Below, in pieces: positions 9,111 through 18,646 of a DNA stretch of 64,000 nt. Below the pieces are notes generated by a model. It saw only the letters and a list, made by a program, of their open reading frames with translations, was not told the origin of the DNA and did not search any database. The position numbers and the translations under genes are program-made. The stretch comes from Planctomycetia bacterium (GTDB taxonomy: Bacteria; Planctomycetota; Planctomycetia; Gemmatales; HRBIN36), in contig JAEUIE010000054.1 of the NCBI GenBank assembly GCA_016795155.1, forward strand, positions 1,755 through 65,754, read 5' to 3'. Positions within the stretch are counted from its first letter, which is position 1; the number at the start of each line of letters is the position of its first letter.

Positions 9111-9320
9111 ATGATCCGCATGGTCAGGCAAGGCAGAAACCCAACAACGCGACGCTGGTGGCCCATACCCCTGGCGGTGCTTATCATCCTGCTCGTCGTC
9201 GTGATACTGATGCCGGAGATTGTTCGCCCGCTGGGTATTGACCCTGGCATCTTCGAAGATATCCACTGGTTCTTCCGCCACTTGTTGGGACAGCGGGATC
9301 GTCGGCATTTTGATTTGTAA
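9111..9320 (+). CDS. Small single-pass membrane protein (hypothetical)
   Basis: MIRMVRQGRNPTTRRWW followed by PIPLAVLIILLVVVILM gives a positive-inside N-terminus plus one TM helix. It is convergent with dnaB. Confidence 0.35.
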   Translation: MIRMVRQGRNPTTRRWWPIPLAVLIILLVVVILMPEIVRPLGIDPGIFEDIHWFFRHLLGQRDRRHFDL

Positions 9321-9326
9321 ACACTA

Positions 9327-10703
9327 TCAATACGGAGCCATGCCGCCCGCGTAGTTGGCGAAGCGCATGTGCTGCTTGATGTGGGAGAGAGTAATCTTAC
9401 CTACCGGGCCGTTACGCTGCTTGGCAATGATGACTTCCAGCACACCCTCGGCATCGAGGCCCGTTTGAGGATCTTTGGGCCGATGCAGCAGCATGACGGT
9501 ATCAGCATCCTGTTCGATAGAACCTGATTCACGCAGATCGGAAAGACGAGGTTCCGCTTCGGTGCGGTTTTCCACGCCTCGATTCAACTGGGCACAGGCG
9601 ATCACTGGTATCTTGAGTTCCTTGGCAAGAAACTTCATGCGTCGGGAGATAGCAGCCACCTGTTCCTGTCGGCTGTCCTTGCGGTTGTCGGGTTCAACCA
9701 ACTGAAGATAATCGACGACGATGAGTTTGATATCGTGTTTGAGTTTGAGTCGGCGGGCGTTGGCAGCAATGCGGATCATGTTCTGGCCGGGCGAATCGTC
9801 GATGAAGATTCTAGCCTGGCTGAGTCGCGAACCTGCATCCACAATCATTCGATGCTCTTCGGTACTCAGGATATTCTTTCGAAGCTTCTGACTATCGACT
9901 TTGGCTTCACAACAAAGCAAGCGTTCCGCCAGTTCAATACGGGACTGTTCCAGGGAAGCGTAGAAAACGGGCATGCCGTAATCGACTGCCACGTTGCGCA
10001 TCATGTTCAAAGTGATAGCCGTTTTTCCGACGGATGGCCGGGCGGCGATGATGATGAGTTCCGAATCCTGCAGGCCAGCCGTGATGTTATCAAGATCGAC
10101 GTAACCAGAGGGCAAGCCGCTGACATCGCCCATGCCTTCGCGCTTGGCCCGCGCCTCCATGCGGTCGTACGCTTCATGGATGGCTTCACCGAGAGAAATC
10201 GTTTCGCCCGCCACGCCCCACTCAGCAATGCCCATGATTTTCCGCTCAGCTGCTTCAAGCAGTTCGGTAGCCGGGGCAATCTGGTCGGAAGCATCGCGGG
10301 CGATGTCGGTGCCGGTGTAGATCAGGTAGCGGATGATCGCTTTATCGCGGACAATCTGAGCGTAGTAGGTGGCGTTGGCAGCGGTGGGGGTTTCATCGTA
10401 AACCTGAGCAAGGTACTGGTAGCCGCCGACATCCTTGATTTCGCCGGTGGCGTGCAACTCGTTGCTGAGAATAACAAGATCGACGCTGGCAGCAGTCAGG
10501 TGCAGTTTGTTGATGGCCCGGTAGATACGGCGGTGTGCATCGCTGTAAAAGTTTTCATCCGTATGTTCGGGGCGCAGGACGAGTTGCACATCGGGAATGA
10601 TACGGGCATCGCGAAGCATGCTGCCGAGCACGCAGCGCTCCGCTTCGAGCGAATGAGGAGGCACGCGATTGACCATGAGAGCAGCGGGGTTCTGGTCAGC
10701 CAT
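9327..10703 (-). CDS. dnaB: Replicative DNA helicase DnaB
   Basis: SLEAERCVLGSML is the DnaB N-terminal motif. Walker A is ARPSVGKTAITLN and Walker B is LIVVDYLQL. The C-terminus contains RESGSIEQDADTVMLLHR and KQRNGP. A GGAGG RBS precedes the ATG at 10703. Confidence 0.95.
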   Translation of the reverse strand: MADQNPAALMVNRVPPHSLEAERCVLGSMLRDARIIPDVQLVLRPEHTDENFYSDAHRRIYRAINKLHLTAASVDLVILSNELHATGEIKDVGGYQYLAQVYDETPTAANATYYAQIVRDKAIIRYLIYTGTDIARDASDQIAPATELLEAAERKIMGIAEWGVAGETISLGEAIHEAYDRMEARAKREGMGDVSGLPSGYVDLDNITAGLQDSELIIIAARPSVGKTAITLNMMRNVAVDYGMPVFYASLEQSRIELAERLLCCEAKVDSQKLRKNILSTEEHRMIVDAGSRLSQARIFIDDSPGQNMIRIAANARRLKLKHDIKLIVVDYLQLVEPDNRKDSRQEQVAAISRRMKFLAKELKIPVIACAQLNRGVENRTEAEPRLSDLRESGSIEQDADTVMLLHRPKDPQTGLDAEGVLEVIIAKQRNGPVGKITLSHIKQHMRFANYAGGMAPY

Positions 10704-10918
10704 GTGATTTCCTCCTGAAACGGCATGATAACATACCAACTGCCTGGTTCAAGGAATGAACCAGAGCGGGTATGGAGTTGTAGGCGAAGGGGGTCGCAAC
10801 GCCAAGAGCTTTTGGGGGTGAACTGCCAGCATCGTCCAACTTAAAGTCACGCTTTCAAATGGACGAAGGCGAAGTTTTACGTTCTGATAGATGACATCAG
10901 ACTGTGTGAGGCTTCACC

Positions 10919-11860
10919 ATGTATTATGTGCTTATCGTTAGTTTGCTTTGGCTGCTGACAGTTGATACTTTGCATGCCCAGCAGGTTCCTGACACGAACT
11001 TCAAGCCGGCGATCCACTCGCCTGCTTATGAGTTGGGCCAAGGGCCGCGGGTAGGCATCGACGAAGCACATCATAACTTTCATACCGCCACGGGACGTTA
11101 TCAGACCTTTGCCGATCTGCTTCGGCGAGATGGCTACCAGGTTGCAGGGTTCAACAAGCCTTTCAATGCTGAAACACTGAAGTCCATTGATGTTCTCGTG
11201 ATTGCCAACGCACTAAATGAAAAGAACAAGAGCGACTGGTCGTTACCTACACCGTCGGCTTTTACACCAGAAGATGTTGCTGCAGTACAGTCGTGGGTGA
11301 AAGAGGGAGGCAGCCTCTTCCTGATCGCTGACCATATGCCCTTCCCCGGAGCCGCCAGCGACCTGGCCATGGCATTCGGCATTGAGTTCAGCAATGGCTA
11401 CGCCCGGCCTGGACACCGCAAGGCAAATACTGCTGATACGTTTGATGCAGCAACGGGATTGAAAGAGAGCGTCATCACGCGAGGTAGAGATGAAAGGGAA
11501 ACGGTGACGAAGATAGCAACGTTTGGCGGGTCGGCGTTCAAGCTTCCAGCTGAAGCGGTGCCGGTAATTGTTTTTGGCAAGGATTCGATTTCGCAGGAAA
11601 CCACCAAAGCGCCGGGGATAACGCCAGATGCTCCGAAGGTCAATATCGAAGGCTGGAGCCAGGGAGCGGTGTTGTCCTTTGGCCAGGGCCGTGTGGCCGT
11701 GTTCGGTGAAGCAGCCATGTTCAGCGCCCAGCTTGCCGGGCCGCAGAAGAACCCGATGGGAATGAATGCACCGGAAGCGAAGCAGAATCCGCAACTGCTG
11801 CTGAATATCCTGCACTGGCTAACGCGGGTTAAGGGAATGGAGGAAACAGGCAAACCATGA
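10919..11860 (+). CDS. Secreted hypothetical protein (DUF4350-like, GATase-1-like fold)
   Basis: It has a signal peptide. IDVLVIANALN...VQSWVKEGGSLFLIADHMPFPGAA resembles DUF4350/ThuA-type layouts. This is recognised from memory only. Confidence 0.45.
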   Translation: MYYVLIVSLLWLLTVDTLHAQQVPDTNFKPAIHSPAYELGQGPRVGIDEAHHNFHTATGRYQTFADLLRRDGYQVAGFNKPFNAETLKSIDVLVIANALNEKNKSDWSLPTPSAFTPEDVAAVQSWVKEGGSLFLIADHMPFPGAASDLAMAFGIEFSNGYARPGHRKANTADTFDAATGLKESVITRGRDERETVTKIATFGGSAFKLPAEAVPVIVFGKDSISQETTKAPGITPDAPKVNIEGWSQGAVLSFGQGRVAVFGEAAMFSAQLAGPQKNPMGMNAPEAKQNPQLLLNILHWLTRVKGMEETGKP

Positions 11861-12216
11861 CCAAAATTAACCTTGCCGAAAAGTTGGCTCTATTCAGTGA
11901 TCACTGGAACCCTCGCATTGTGGGAGAACTGAATGATCAGCATGTCAAGCTGGTGAAGTTTCAGGGAGAGTTTGTCTGGCATCATCACGATCATGAAGAC
12001 GAGTTGTTCCTGGTCGTGAAAGGGCGGTTTCGGATGGAGTTTCGCGACAAACAGGTTTGGCTCAACGAAGGCGAGTTCCTCATTGTGCCTCGTGGCATGG
12101 AGCATCGACCGGTAGCGGATGAGGAGGTGCACGTGTTGCTCTTTGAGCCAGCCAGTACGCTCAATACGGGTAATGTCAACAATGAACGCACGGTGGAGCG
12201 GTTGGAACGAGTGTAG
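11857..12216 (+). CDS. Cupin domain protein
   Basis: 119 aa. GEFVWHHHDHEDELFLVVKGRF...GEFLIVPRGMEHRP matches the two cupin motifs. The start overlaps the upstream stop by 4 bp. Confidence 0.75.
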   Translation: MTKINLAEKLALFSDHWNPRIVGELNDQHVKLVKFQGEFVWHHHDHEDELFLVVKGRFRMEFRDKQVWLNEGEFLIVPRGMEHRPVADEEVHVLLFEPASTLNTGNVNNERTVERLERV

Positions 12217-12272
12217 ACGTGCTGTGAGGGGCTGATCGCATCTATTTTCAACGGGATAAAGAGGAGCCAGGC

Positions 12273-12683
12273 ATGGCAGGACAAAATCAATTACCCACTC
12301 CTCTCATGGCGTCATTCATCACATGCGATGGCATTCTGGTGCACGAAAAAACTCATTCCAGACAATTGATGAATCCCAAGTGCAAATATGACCGCTTACG
12401 GTTTCCCGACAATGTGCTTTTATCGCTGTATGTTGAAATCACTGGTGGACGTGGTGCTTATCGCCCAGGTTTAACGTTAGCTAACAGTGAAGATCAGACG
12501 ATCTGGGAATGGCATCCAGAAAGATCATTTAATATATCAAATCCATTGATCACTTTCGATATCTCGTTTAACGATCTAAACATCAGGATACCATGTGCAG
12601 GCCGATATCTGCTTGCCCTCCAATTAAATGAAGTCCATGTGGCACAGCGCAGTTTATGGTTTGACTTGGAGAAGGCACATTGA
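12273..12683 (+). CDS. Hypothetical protein (136 aa)
   Basis: A GAGGAG RBS lies upstream of the ATG. I recognise no family, and the region is visibly more AT-rich than its neighbours. Confidence 0.45.
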   Translation: MAGQNQLPTPLMASFITCDGILVHEKTHSRQLMNPKCKYDRLRFPDNVLLSLYVEITGGRGAYRPGLTLANSEDQTIWEWHPERSFNISNPLITFDISFNDLNIRIPCAGRYLLALQLNEVHVAQRSLWFDLEKAH

Positions 12684-13042
12684 AGTGACGGAGGCATGTG
12701 TAGTGCAAATCTGGGCATGAAACAAACCTGTGGGATGCAGGCGACGTTCGGTTCAATTCAAAAGGCACCAAATGGACGATGTTCCGCTGCTCAATGCGTG
12801 GGGTGACGTTGCATAACCTCTATTGCCGCGGAGATTGAGAGTGCACTTCGATGGCAGCCCGTCGCGCTAGCCGTGGAGGATCGCGCGGGCACTTAAAGTT
12901 TATCGCAATATTCGCACAGCAGTTGCACGTTTCCCCTTGCTGGTGCAGCGGACTGGTAGTTGCATCGCAGTCAATCATGTTGCAAATCTGAAATTCAGTC
13001 AATCCAAATAGAATGAAGGTGGTGCGAATCGCGAGTACTTCC

Positions 13043-13933
13043 ATGCAAAAGATCTGGTGGTTCACTGTTTTGCTGTTGCTCATCGGCTGCGAACGTATCA
13101 CCCCGGTCTCAACCGTACTGGCTCCGCCTGATGCGTTCGATGGAAAGAAACCTGGCGAAGAAAGACAGGTTGCAGGCATCAAACTCTGCTGGTGCCCGGC
13201 TGGCACTTTCACCATGGGAAGTCCGCGTGATGAACCAGAACGCCGACCTGGTGAGGACCAGGTGATGGTGACGCTGACTAGGGGTTTCTGGATGGCCAAG
13301 TTCGAAGCAACGCAGGGAGACTGGAAACGAGTGATGGGTGCATTGCCTGGACCTTTGACTGCCGAGTTGCCTGAAGATGATGTGTTGCCGGTGGGAAACG
13401 TCAACTATGCCGAGGCGGAAGCGTTTTGTCTGAAGCTGACAGAACTTGCCCATGCAGCGGGAGAGATACCGAACATTTGGGAATTTCGTTTGCCGACGGA
13501 AGCTCAGTGGGAATATGCCTGCCGGGCTGGAACCACGACCATGTTTTCCTTTGGCAATCAGTTGACGAGCCGCCAGGCGAATTTCAAAGGAGCTTCGTTG
13601 GGCACCACCGAGCGCGGGCCATCGACTGGCAAGGCAACACCTGTCGGCAGTTACCCAGCCAATGCCTGGGGCCTGCATGATATGCATGGCAATATCTATG
13701 AATGGTGCCGGGACTGGTATCACGCCAGGCTGCCAGGAGGCGTTGACCCAGATTTGCGTGATGCAAAAGACACTGCAACGCCAAGCGAGAATGGGGACAT
13801 ATCACGCTCCCGGCGTGGTGGCTGCTGGGCAGATGAGGGAAAGTTTCTACGTACTGCGTTCCGTCTGCGTTTTGAGCCACATCGGCGATATGATCACATT
13901 GGATTTCGCGTGGCGCTGGTGCGACGGAAGTAG
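13043..13933 (+). CDS. Formylglycine-generating-enzyme (SUMF1/FGE-sulfatase) domain lipoprotein
   Basis: MQKIWWFTVLLLLIGC is a lipobox (an alternative start is at 13013). Family hallmarks are WEYACRAGTTT, GLHDMHGNIYEWCRDWY and RGGCW...FRVAL. Confidence 0.8.
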   Translation: MQKIWWFTVLLLLIGCERITPVSTVLAPPDAFDGKKPGEERQVAGIKLCWCPAGTFTMGSPRDEPERRPGEDQVMVTLTRGFWMAKFEATQGDWKRVMGALPGPLTAELPEDDVLPVGNVNYAEAEAFCLKLTELAHAAGEIPNIWEFRLPTEAQWEYACRAGTTTMFSFGNQLTSRQANFKGASLGTTERGPSTGKATPVGSYPANAWGLHDMHGNIYEWCRDWYHARLPGGVDPDLRDAKDTATPSENGDISRSRRGGCWADEGKFLRTAFRLRFEPHRRYDHIGFRVALVRRK

Positions 13934-14068
13934 CCATATCACCAGTTATCATTAAATACTGCCGCCGACTCTTCCCAGGCTGGCTGATTCTTCTACTAAT
14001 AAGTATACATTGAAGAGCCGCTGGAATTACAGACCTTTCTGCATCCCTCCTCGCTCAGGCAACACGTT

Positions 14069-14596
14069 TTGACACCTCGACGACAGAGATTACTGGAACG
14101 CGAGCAACGACGGCAATTCGTCTGGAGTATCGTTGCGAGATTATTCTGGCTATTCCTGTTTCTGGTTCACCTCTACCCGGTCTGGGTGGTCAGTGCCCGG
14201 TTTTTTCAGAACCCATCTTTTAGCAACATGGTTTCCCTGGGTGTCTTGTATGGCATCCTGACACTCTCAGCACTCAAGACACTTGATGTCGCCTGGCTGC
14301 GGATACCACTCAATCGCCGAAGCTGGCTGGGATTGCTGCTGGTGGCGATGTGGATCCATGGCGACTTTGTTGTGAAGCAGTTGCCTGATGCGTTGACGGT
14401 GGAATCTTCCATTGTGGTGGTAACGGGAGTGCTGGCTGCAGGTGGTCGATTCATCCGCCACGTATTGCAACGCACCGCTTCTCGCATCAGCCGCATTATT
14501 CAGACATTCAACTCTTACCTGGCTGAGGTACTGTTACCCAGGCCAGTGCATGTCATCCTGCCTGTCGTTGCGCCACGTGCTCCTCCGGTTCGCTAG
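14069..14596 (+). CDS. Hypothetical membrane protein
   Basis: 175 aa with 4-5 hydrophobic helices. It has a TTG start and no recognisable family. Confidence 0.4.
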   Translation: MTPRRQRLLEREQRRQFVWSIVARLFWLFLFLVHLYPVWVVSARFFQNPSFSNMVSLGVLYGILTLSALKTLDVAWLRIPLNRRSWLGLLLVAMWIHGDFVVKQLPDALTVESSIVVVTGVLAAGGRFIRHVLQRTASRISRIIQTFNSYLAEVLLPRPVHVILPVVAPRAPPVR

Positions 14597-14871
14597 TTCG
14601 TTGTTGTAACAACCCGTGACTGTCACATTGGTCGAACGGGTTCGTTCATGCCCCTTTCAGTAAGTTCGCACGAGTAACTATGCGGTGAATGGGCACGGTT
14701 AGCGTGAGTACACGCAAACCGTAGCACCCTGTCTGCATGACTTTAAGGCGAGAGTACTCAATCCTGTTGCGTGCTGACTGCTGCGCAGTGGCACACACAA
14801 GATCCTCTAGACCATGCAGGAATTCCTGCCAGGTCAATTCATTTCAGAGTCAATAACCGGAGATAACTTCC

Positions 14872-15768
14872 ATGAAACAACGGCATGCGTTTACCCTGAT
14901 CGAACTGCTGGTGGTGATTGCTATCATCGCCTTGCTGATGGCATTGCTGCTGCCAGCTGTGCAGAAAGTACGCGAAGCCGCCAACAAGATGATCTGTGCC
15001 AGCAATCTGAAGCAGATTGGCGTAGCACTGCATCATTATCACAATGATTACGGCGAATTCCCCAATAACCTGAAGAACTATCCGCAGTACAGCCCGTTCA
15101 CTGATCTGCTGCCTTACATTGAACAGGATGGCTTGTTTCAGAGATACGACAAGAGCAAAGATCCTTTCGATCCAGTGAACATGCCGGTCTCCTCCAAGGT
15201 GCTGAAGATTTACCTGTGCCCGACGATGGCGTTGTCTGAAACTCCATCACCCGGTTACGCCAGTTATGTCTGCAACCTGGGCTCCACTTACAACTGGTCG
15301 ATGTTCCCGTTTCTGGAGTTCATCTATGGCAAGCCTGATGGCGTCTTCGTTAACAGTCATCGCGTGTCATTTCGTGATATTCACGACGGCACCTCGTACA
15401 CCTTTTTCGTGGGTGAATCGAGCTACTCGCTCAAGGACTACCCTGCCCCTGGCTCCATTGGCGGGTTTACTTCGTGGTCGTTTGCCTACCCGATCACCAC
15501 TTTTGCTTCATCGTTCAACCGGATGAACCACAAGCAGCATTTCACTTCGCCGATTGCCAGCAGTGGCATGGGTTCGTTCCGCAGCGATCACCCCACTGGC
15601 TGCAATTTCCTGTTTGGCGATGGCTCGGTGCGGTTCATTACCGATTCGATCAACAGCGATGCAGTTCCCTTGCCGCTGCCGCTGGGTGGAATGAACCCGT
15701 ATGCGGGTGGCGCAGCGTATCGTGCTCTGTCAACGCGGAACAAAGGCGAACCAGTCAACCTCGATTAA
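14872..15768 (+). CDS. DUF1559 protein with a prepilin-type N-terminal cleavage/methylation domain
   Basis: The N-terminus MKQRHAFTLIELLVVIAIIALLMALLLPAVQKVREAANKMICASNLKQIG is the canonical planctomycete DUF1559 N-terminus. The C-terminus FRSDHPTGCNFLFGDGSVRFI also fits. Confidence 0.9.
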   Translation: MKQRHAFTLIELLVVIAIIALLMALLLPAVQKVREAANKMICASNLKQIGVALHHYHNDYGEFPNNLKNYPQYSPFTDLLPYIEQDGLFQRYDKSKDPFDPVNMPVSSKVLKIYLCPTMALSETPSPGYASYVCNLGSTYNWSMFPFLEFIYGKPDGVFVNSHRVSFRDIHDGTSYTFFVGESSYSLKDYPAPGSIGGFTSWSFAYPITTFASSFNRMNHKQHFTSPIASSGMGSFRSDHPTGCNFLFGDGSVRFITDSINSDAVPLPLPLGGMNPYAGGAAYRALSTRNKGEPVNLD

Positions 15769-15780
15769 CAGGAGTGCATC

Positions 15781-15930
15781 ATGAAGCATCTGATAGCCTT
15801 GTTGCTGCTGTGCACACTGCTGACAGGCTGTGGTGAAACGGAACGCCCGATGCAATCAACCGAGCAGTTCCGCCAGAGTCTGAAGGATATTGAAAAGCTG
15901 CAGCCGCATGCAGGCAAACAAAAAGTGTAA
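15781..15930 (+). CDS. Small lipoprotein (49 aa, below the ORF-track cutoff)
   Basis: MKHLIALLLLCTLLTGCGETERP has the lipobox LLTGC. The ATG lies 10 nt after the DUF1559 stop and is preceded by caggag. A strong terminator follows. Confidence 0.6.
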   Translation: MKHLIALLLLCTLLTGCGETERPMQSTEQFRQSLKDIEKLQPHAGKQKV

Positions 15931-15973
15931 GTGTGAGCTATTGCTCACCTGCAATTGAACGTTCAGCAAACTA

Positions 15974-16021
15974 CCTTGAATATTCGAAGCTCACCTTCGA
16001 ATATTCAAGGTCTTTGTTTTT
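15974..16021 (+). terminator. Rho-independent terminator
   Basis: A perfect 16-bp stem, ccttgaatattcgaag-ctcac-cttcgaatattcaagg, is followed by tctttgttttt. Confidence 0.85.
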
Positions 16022-16178
16022 CCCGTAACTTGAAAGGAACCGCTCGTCAAAATCTATTGATTTGATGTTTTTTACGAACATTTCTGGCACGAATGGCGTT
16101 ATGCTAGTAAGCAGCTCGCTCTACAGCACTCGTAGATTCTCTCCTCCCACCAACACCGTTAAACACAAAGGCGGCTTT

Positions 16179-16850
16179 ATGCAGAAGCTGATCAAAGGCA
16201 TTCACCATTTTCAGAACAAGAACTTTCGCCCGCTGAAAGATCTGTTCGAGCAGCTCTCGCATGGACAGAATCCGGAAACACTGTTTATCACCTGTTCTGA
16301 TTCGCGCATCGATCCGAATCTGCTGACGCGCTCCAAGCCGGGCGAGTTGTTCATTCTCCGTAACGCGGGGAATATCGTTCCGCCGCATGGGGCCGCCAAC
16401 GGAGGGGAGGCAGCAACCATTGAGTTTGCTGTCGCCGGGCTGGGCGTGAAGGACATTATCATCTGCGGGCATACACATTGCGGAGCAATGAAAGGATTGC
16501 TCAAACCCGAAATTGTAGAAGGCTTGCCCGCGATGGCTGCTTGGCTGAGTCATGCTGCCACCACGCAACGGATTGTGAAAGATAATTACGCCCATCTGGA
16601 AGGTGATCCGCTCGTGACAGCGACAGTAGAAGAGAATGTGCTCGTGCAACTGGAGAATCTGCGCACGCTGCCCAGTGTTGCCTCCCGCCTGGTCAAGGGC
16701 GATCTGCACCTGCATGGCTGGGTCTATAAAATTGAAACTGGCGATGTGTTTGGTTACGACCGTGAGGAAGGCCAGTTCATTCCCATTTCGCAGTATCATT
16801 ATCCGGAAAGTGAATCGAATGTGCGACGGCGCACGATTGGCACGATTTAA
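16179..16850 (+). CDS. Beta-class carbonic anhydrase
   Basis: [14 protein letters not shown] and GHTHCGAM are the Zn ligands (CxDxR and HxxC). The start [12 protein letters not shown] is typical of the family. Confidence 0.9.
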   Translation: MQKLIKGIHHFQNKNFRPLKDLFEQLSHGQNPETLFITCSDSRIDPNLLTRSKPGELFILRNAGNIVPPHGAANGGEAATIEFAVAGLGVKDIIICGHTHCGAMKGLLKPEIVEGLPAMAAWLSHAATTQRIVKDNYAHLEGDPLVTATVEENVLVQLENLRTLPSVASRLVKGDLHLHGWVYKIETGDVFGYDREEGQFIPISQYHYPESESNVRRRTIGTI

Positions 16851-16921
16851 TCTTTCTTCAGTCTGATGATGCGGTTGTTGCTGCTGTCAGCGATGTAGAG
16901 ATCGCCTGTCGCTGGGTGTGC
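16847..16921 (-). pseudogene. Possible C-terminal remnant of an NHL-repeat protein
   Basis: The tail of minus-strand ORF 16847..17050 reads GDLYIADSSNNRIIRL, an NHL-repeat signature. No repeat body lies upstream. Confidence 0.25.
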
Positions 16922-17094
16922 CAACTTGGGCAATTTGCGACAACTTGCGAATTCATTGCTTATGCATCTGCTTGAGTGAAATGTGAAGATTGGTACAAAT
17001 GAAACCAAAAATTGACGAACCTGTTCTGGTTCTACCGATGAAACATGCATGTCTTGAAAGATAATCGGAAAAAGTAAGAAAAAGAGTAAAGAAA

Positions 17095-18576
17095 ATGAAT
17101 CTCCGATTCGCAGGGCTGTTGGGGTTAATCCTGCTTTGCCCGATTAATTTACAGGCTCAGGATGGATTCATTCCACCGGAGCAATTGCGCGAACAGGTTA
17201 CAAGAAACTATGATGAGAAAGCAATCATCCCAGCCGGGTATGTGGATAGCAGCCGACTCTTTGATCCAATCGATCGCCCCTCATTGATGGATAAGCTGGT
17301 TGAACGTTGGAACGAAGGGTGCGACCCGGAAATACCCATTGCCTACTGGCAGGCCGGGCCTGCTGCCAAGGGTGAGAAAGCTGCAGAGCCGAAAAAGAAA
17401 GCATGGTATGAGAAGCTGAGCCTGCGAGGCTATACGCAGTTACGTTATAACTTTACCATAGATCGAGATCAGGAATATGCACCGACTCAACTGGTAGCTG
17501 ATCGCTCGGTAGGTAAGAACCAGAGCTTTATTCTTCGCCGGGTCCGTCTCATTCTGTTTGGCGATGTTTCAGACCATGTTGGGGTCTATTTGCAGCCTGA
17601 CTTTGCTGCAACCCCGGATGGAGCTACGACCAACATTCAGTTTACGCAGATTCGCGACTGGTATGCTGACTGGTACTGGGACAAGGAGAAAGTGTTCCGT
17701 TTGCGTATGGGTCAATCGAAAGTCCCTTACGGCTGGGAAAACATGCAGTCGAGTTCAAACCGACTGGCATTGGATCGAAACGATGGGTGGAACAGTGCTG
17801 TGAAAAACGAACGTGATCTGGGTCTGTTTTTCTATTGGACACCAGAGTACGCTCAGAAATTCTTCAAGGATGTGATGGATCAAGGCCTCAAAGGTTCAGG
17901 CAACTACGGTGTGTTTGGCGTGGGTGTGTATAACGGCCAGGGCGGTTCACTGGCGGAACAAAACGACAATCTGCACTCGGTCATTCGCCTGACTCTGCCG
18001 ATTACCTTCGATAATGGCCAGTACATGGAAGTGGCCGTGCAGGCTTACAGTGGCTATTATGTGGTGCTTTCCTCGCAAATCCGGGCCAATGGCACCGGGC
18101 CTCTGATTCGTCCGGCAGGTACACTCGAAACAGGTGATCGGCAAGGCTGGCTGGATCAGCGCATCGGCGGATCGTTCATCTGGTATCCGCAACCCATCGG
18201 GTTCCAGGCGGAATGGAACGTTGGTCAGGGCCCTGCTCTCAATGCTGCTCAGAATGCCATCGAAGATGCACCACTCACCGGTGGCTATCTGCAACTGATG
18301 TACAAGTACGATACCCCCTGTCATGGCACCTTGTTCCCATTTACCCGCTGGAGTTATTTCAACGGCGGATACAAGAGCGAACGCAATGCGCCATATTCGA
18401 TGATCAGCGAATGGGAAGCTGGCGTGGAATGGCAGATCAACCCACAGGTGGAACTGACCACCATGTACACACTGACCGATCGCACCAACACGACTGCATT
18501 CACTGATCCCGGCGCCATTTCCTATGAGCAGTTCAAAGGACAACTGATGCGAGTGCAGTTACAGTTCAATTACTAA
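17095..18576 (+). CDS. Outer-membrane porin (OprO/OprP-like family)
   Basis: It has a signal peptide ending LQAQD, alternating beta-strand patterning, WYEKLSLRGYTQLRYNF, and the C-terminus VQLQFNY with a terminal aromatic residue. Confidence 0.6.
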   Translation: MNLRFAGLLGLILLCPINLQAQDGFIPPEQLREQVTRNYDEKAIIPAGYVDSSRLFDPIDRPSLMDKLVERWNEGCDPEIPIAYWQAGPAAKGEKAAEPKKKAWYEKLSLRGYTQLRYNFTIDRDQEYAPTQLVADRSVGKNQSFILRRVRLILFGDVSDHVGVYLQPDFAATPDGATTNIQFTQIRDWYADWYWDKEKVFRLRMGQSKVPYGWENMQSSSNRLALDRNDGWNSAVKNERDLGLFFYWTPEYAQKFFKDVMDQGLKGSGNYGVFGVGVYNGQGGSLAEQNDNLHSVIRLTLPITFDNGQYMEVAVQAYSGYYVVLSSQIRANGTGPLIRPAGTLETGDRQGWLDQRIGGSFIWYPQPIGFQAEWNVGQGPALNAAQNAIEDAPLTGGYLQLMYKYDTPCHGTLFPFTRWSYFNGGYKSERNAPYSMISEWEAGVEWQINPQVELTTMYTLTDRTNTTAFTDPGAISYEQFKGQLMRVQLQFNY

Positions 18577-18646
18577 CATTTCGCTTGTTGCTCTTGCCCG
18601 TTCTTCTGCAGATGGTTATCACCCCTTCGCTCTGAAGGGGATACCG

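Noticed and set aside
9735-10718. A long 327-aa ORF on the plus strand.
   Set aside because: It lies entirely antisense to dnaB, whose product carries all the helicase motifs. The antisense translation is low-complexity (Gly/Ala/Val-rich) with no motif, as is typical of shadow ORFs in GC-rich DNA.
12735-12775. A possible tRNA T-arm-like string (ggttcaattc) in the 12.7-13.0 kb gap.
   Set aside because: I could not build a flanking acceptor, D or anticodon stem, and no CCA-compatible 3' end is present. I saw no other tRNA-like cloverleaf in any intergenic gap.
12820-13404. A 194-aa minus-strand ORF spanning the gap and the 5' part of the FGE gene.
   Set aside because: It overlaps the well-supported FGE-domain gene in antisense and has a Ser/Pro/Gly-rich composition with no motif.
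13043-13933. An FGE/C-type-lectin-fold gene as a possible diversity-generating retroelement target.
   Set aside because: There is no reverse transcriptase gene anywhere in the window. There is also no template-repeat copy of the gene's 3' end nearby, and the downstream 135 bp are unrelated.
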